Source: Laetmonice hystrix (Eukaryota). Taken from it: 64,000 bases of DNA. This document shows, piece by piece, positions 63,018-64,000 of this stretch. The stretch is taken from positions 18,662,001-18,726,000 of the forward strand of contig OZ249439.1 of assembly GCA_965235115.1 (NCBI GenBank). The letters run 5' to 3'. Position numbers and translations under genes: made by a program. Below the pieces are notes generated by a model, which was not told where the DNA came from, ran no database searches, and saw only the letters and a list, made by a program, of their open reading frames with translations. Position 1 is the stretch's first letter. Every line of letters starts with the position of its first letter.

Positions 63018-63940
63018 GGATTACCCCCGCTAGCCCCCCGCCCGCTAGCCCCCCGTTTAGACAAGGCCGAGGGTGTAAGAAATGTGTGCCGGTAGACCCC
63101 CGCTCGGCTGTTCCACTCCCCGACACTACCCCCCCCCCTCACTGAGGCGTGGACGGAGTGGGGGGGGGGGGGGGGGGGGTCAGCGGCGGGCATTGGTGTC
63201 AGCCAAACCTCTATAAAATATTGGATCTGTTCAGCCAAGAGGAGGCATCCACATCGGTTCATGTGCTGCAGATGCAGGCAAGTCAGCGAACCCCCAAAAG
63301 AAGGAAAAGTATTATAACATTGACCCTCGTTTGCACCAGTTATAGGCTTAGACTACATGATATGCCACAGAACGATGGAGTCCTATATGAAGGCGGTTGC
63401 CATATGACGGACAATACTAAACCTAAGTAAGGCAGTGGTTGAGTGTATAACTGTGATTCTAAGTAACACCATAATGGTTGGCAATTTGATGAACAATACT
63501 GGTCAAGTCATGTAGGGATAATAACGTATAGGCGTCTATATAGATAATAAATCTGGCTCTAAGTTCCGGCATGTGATGGACAATACTGGTCCTAGAATTC
63601 AGGTACATGTAGAGTGGTTGAGCGTTGTTTTTGTGCACCTTTCGGTGAAGTTAATTGAGAATATTAAATTCCATACAGATTCAGTCCTTCCATTTAATTT
63701 AGCAACACCCGTAATCAATTATTTTATTTAGTAACAGCCCCCAAATTATTTGTCGCTTGGCTTTTAGTTAGGCCTATCCCTTACCATCCTTGACCGCTGA
63801 CCACCCCCGACTCTCCACGCATGAGGGGGTAGTGTCTGATAGTGGAACAGCCGAGCCGGGGGCTACCGGCACAGATTTCTCACACCTTCGACCCTGTCTA
63901 AACGGGGGGCTAGCGGGCGGGGGGCTAGCGGGATGATACC
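63018..63940. mobile_element. Non-autonomous DNA transposon (MITE-like) with long TIRs and an 8-bp TSD
   Basis: 63018-63186 is an imperfect inverted copy of 63794-63940. The termini are GG...CC, and CGTGATAG is directly repeated at 63010-63017 and 63941-63948. No transposase-like ORF inside. Confidence 0.85.
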
Positions 63941-64000
63941 CGTGATAGATGTAGAGATTGACTACAATAAGATTATCTTTATCTGACATGTTCTTAGATT

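Noticed and set aside
58850-64000. Expected EGF6-8 exons
   Set aside because: No EGF-like Cys pattern in any + frame (60253-60581 was checked specifically); the next exon must lie beyond the window.

Overview
This is eukaryotic genomic DNA from an animal, not a prokaryote. The organism cannot be named from sequence alone; the divergent sequence suggests an invertebrate bilaterian (inference). The window holds the 5' part of one teneurin (Ten-m/Odz/TENM family) gene on the + strand. I assembled 11 GT-AG coding exons (28777-58849, 2260 nt, about 753 codons) into one uninterrupted frame with matching intron phases. They encode a ~393-aa intracellular domain, the CSWRC motif plus transmembrane helix, the LNW juxtamembrane segment, the pre-EGF extracellular domain and EGF repeats 1-5. 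Two exons (TM and juxtamembrane) are missing from the ORF track. The gene continues past the window end, so the NHL, YD-shell and toxin-like C-terminus are not visible. The first ~28.7 kb has no recognisable coding sequence, and almost all ORF-track entries outside the exons look spurious. Non-coding features include an alternating 60/55-bp minisatellite, a 29-bp near-perfect hairpin and a 923-bp non-autonomous TIR element with an 8-bp target-site duplication. There are also four exact PBX-MEIS decamers and convergent CTCF-like motifs. The most interesting hypothesis concerns a 37-bp minisatellite that fills a short intron and runs into the acceptor of a skippable juxtamembrane exon. Its variant units switch an RBFOX element (TGCATG) on and off. 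I found no CRISPR, rRNA or tRNA gene, and no new enzymatic system that the sequence supports.
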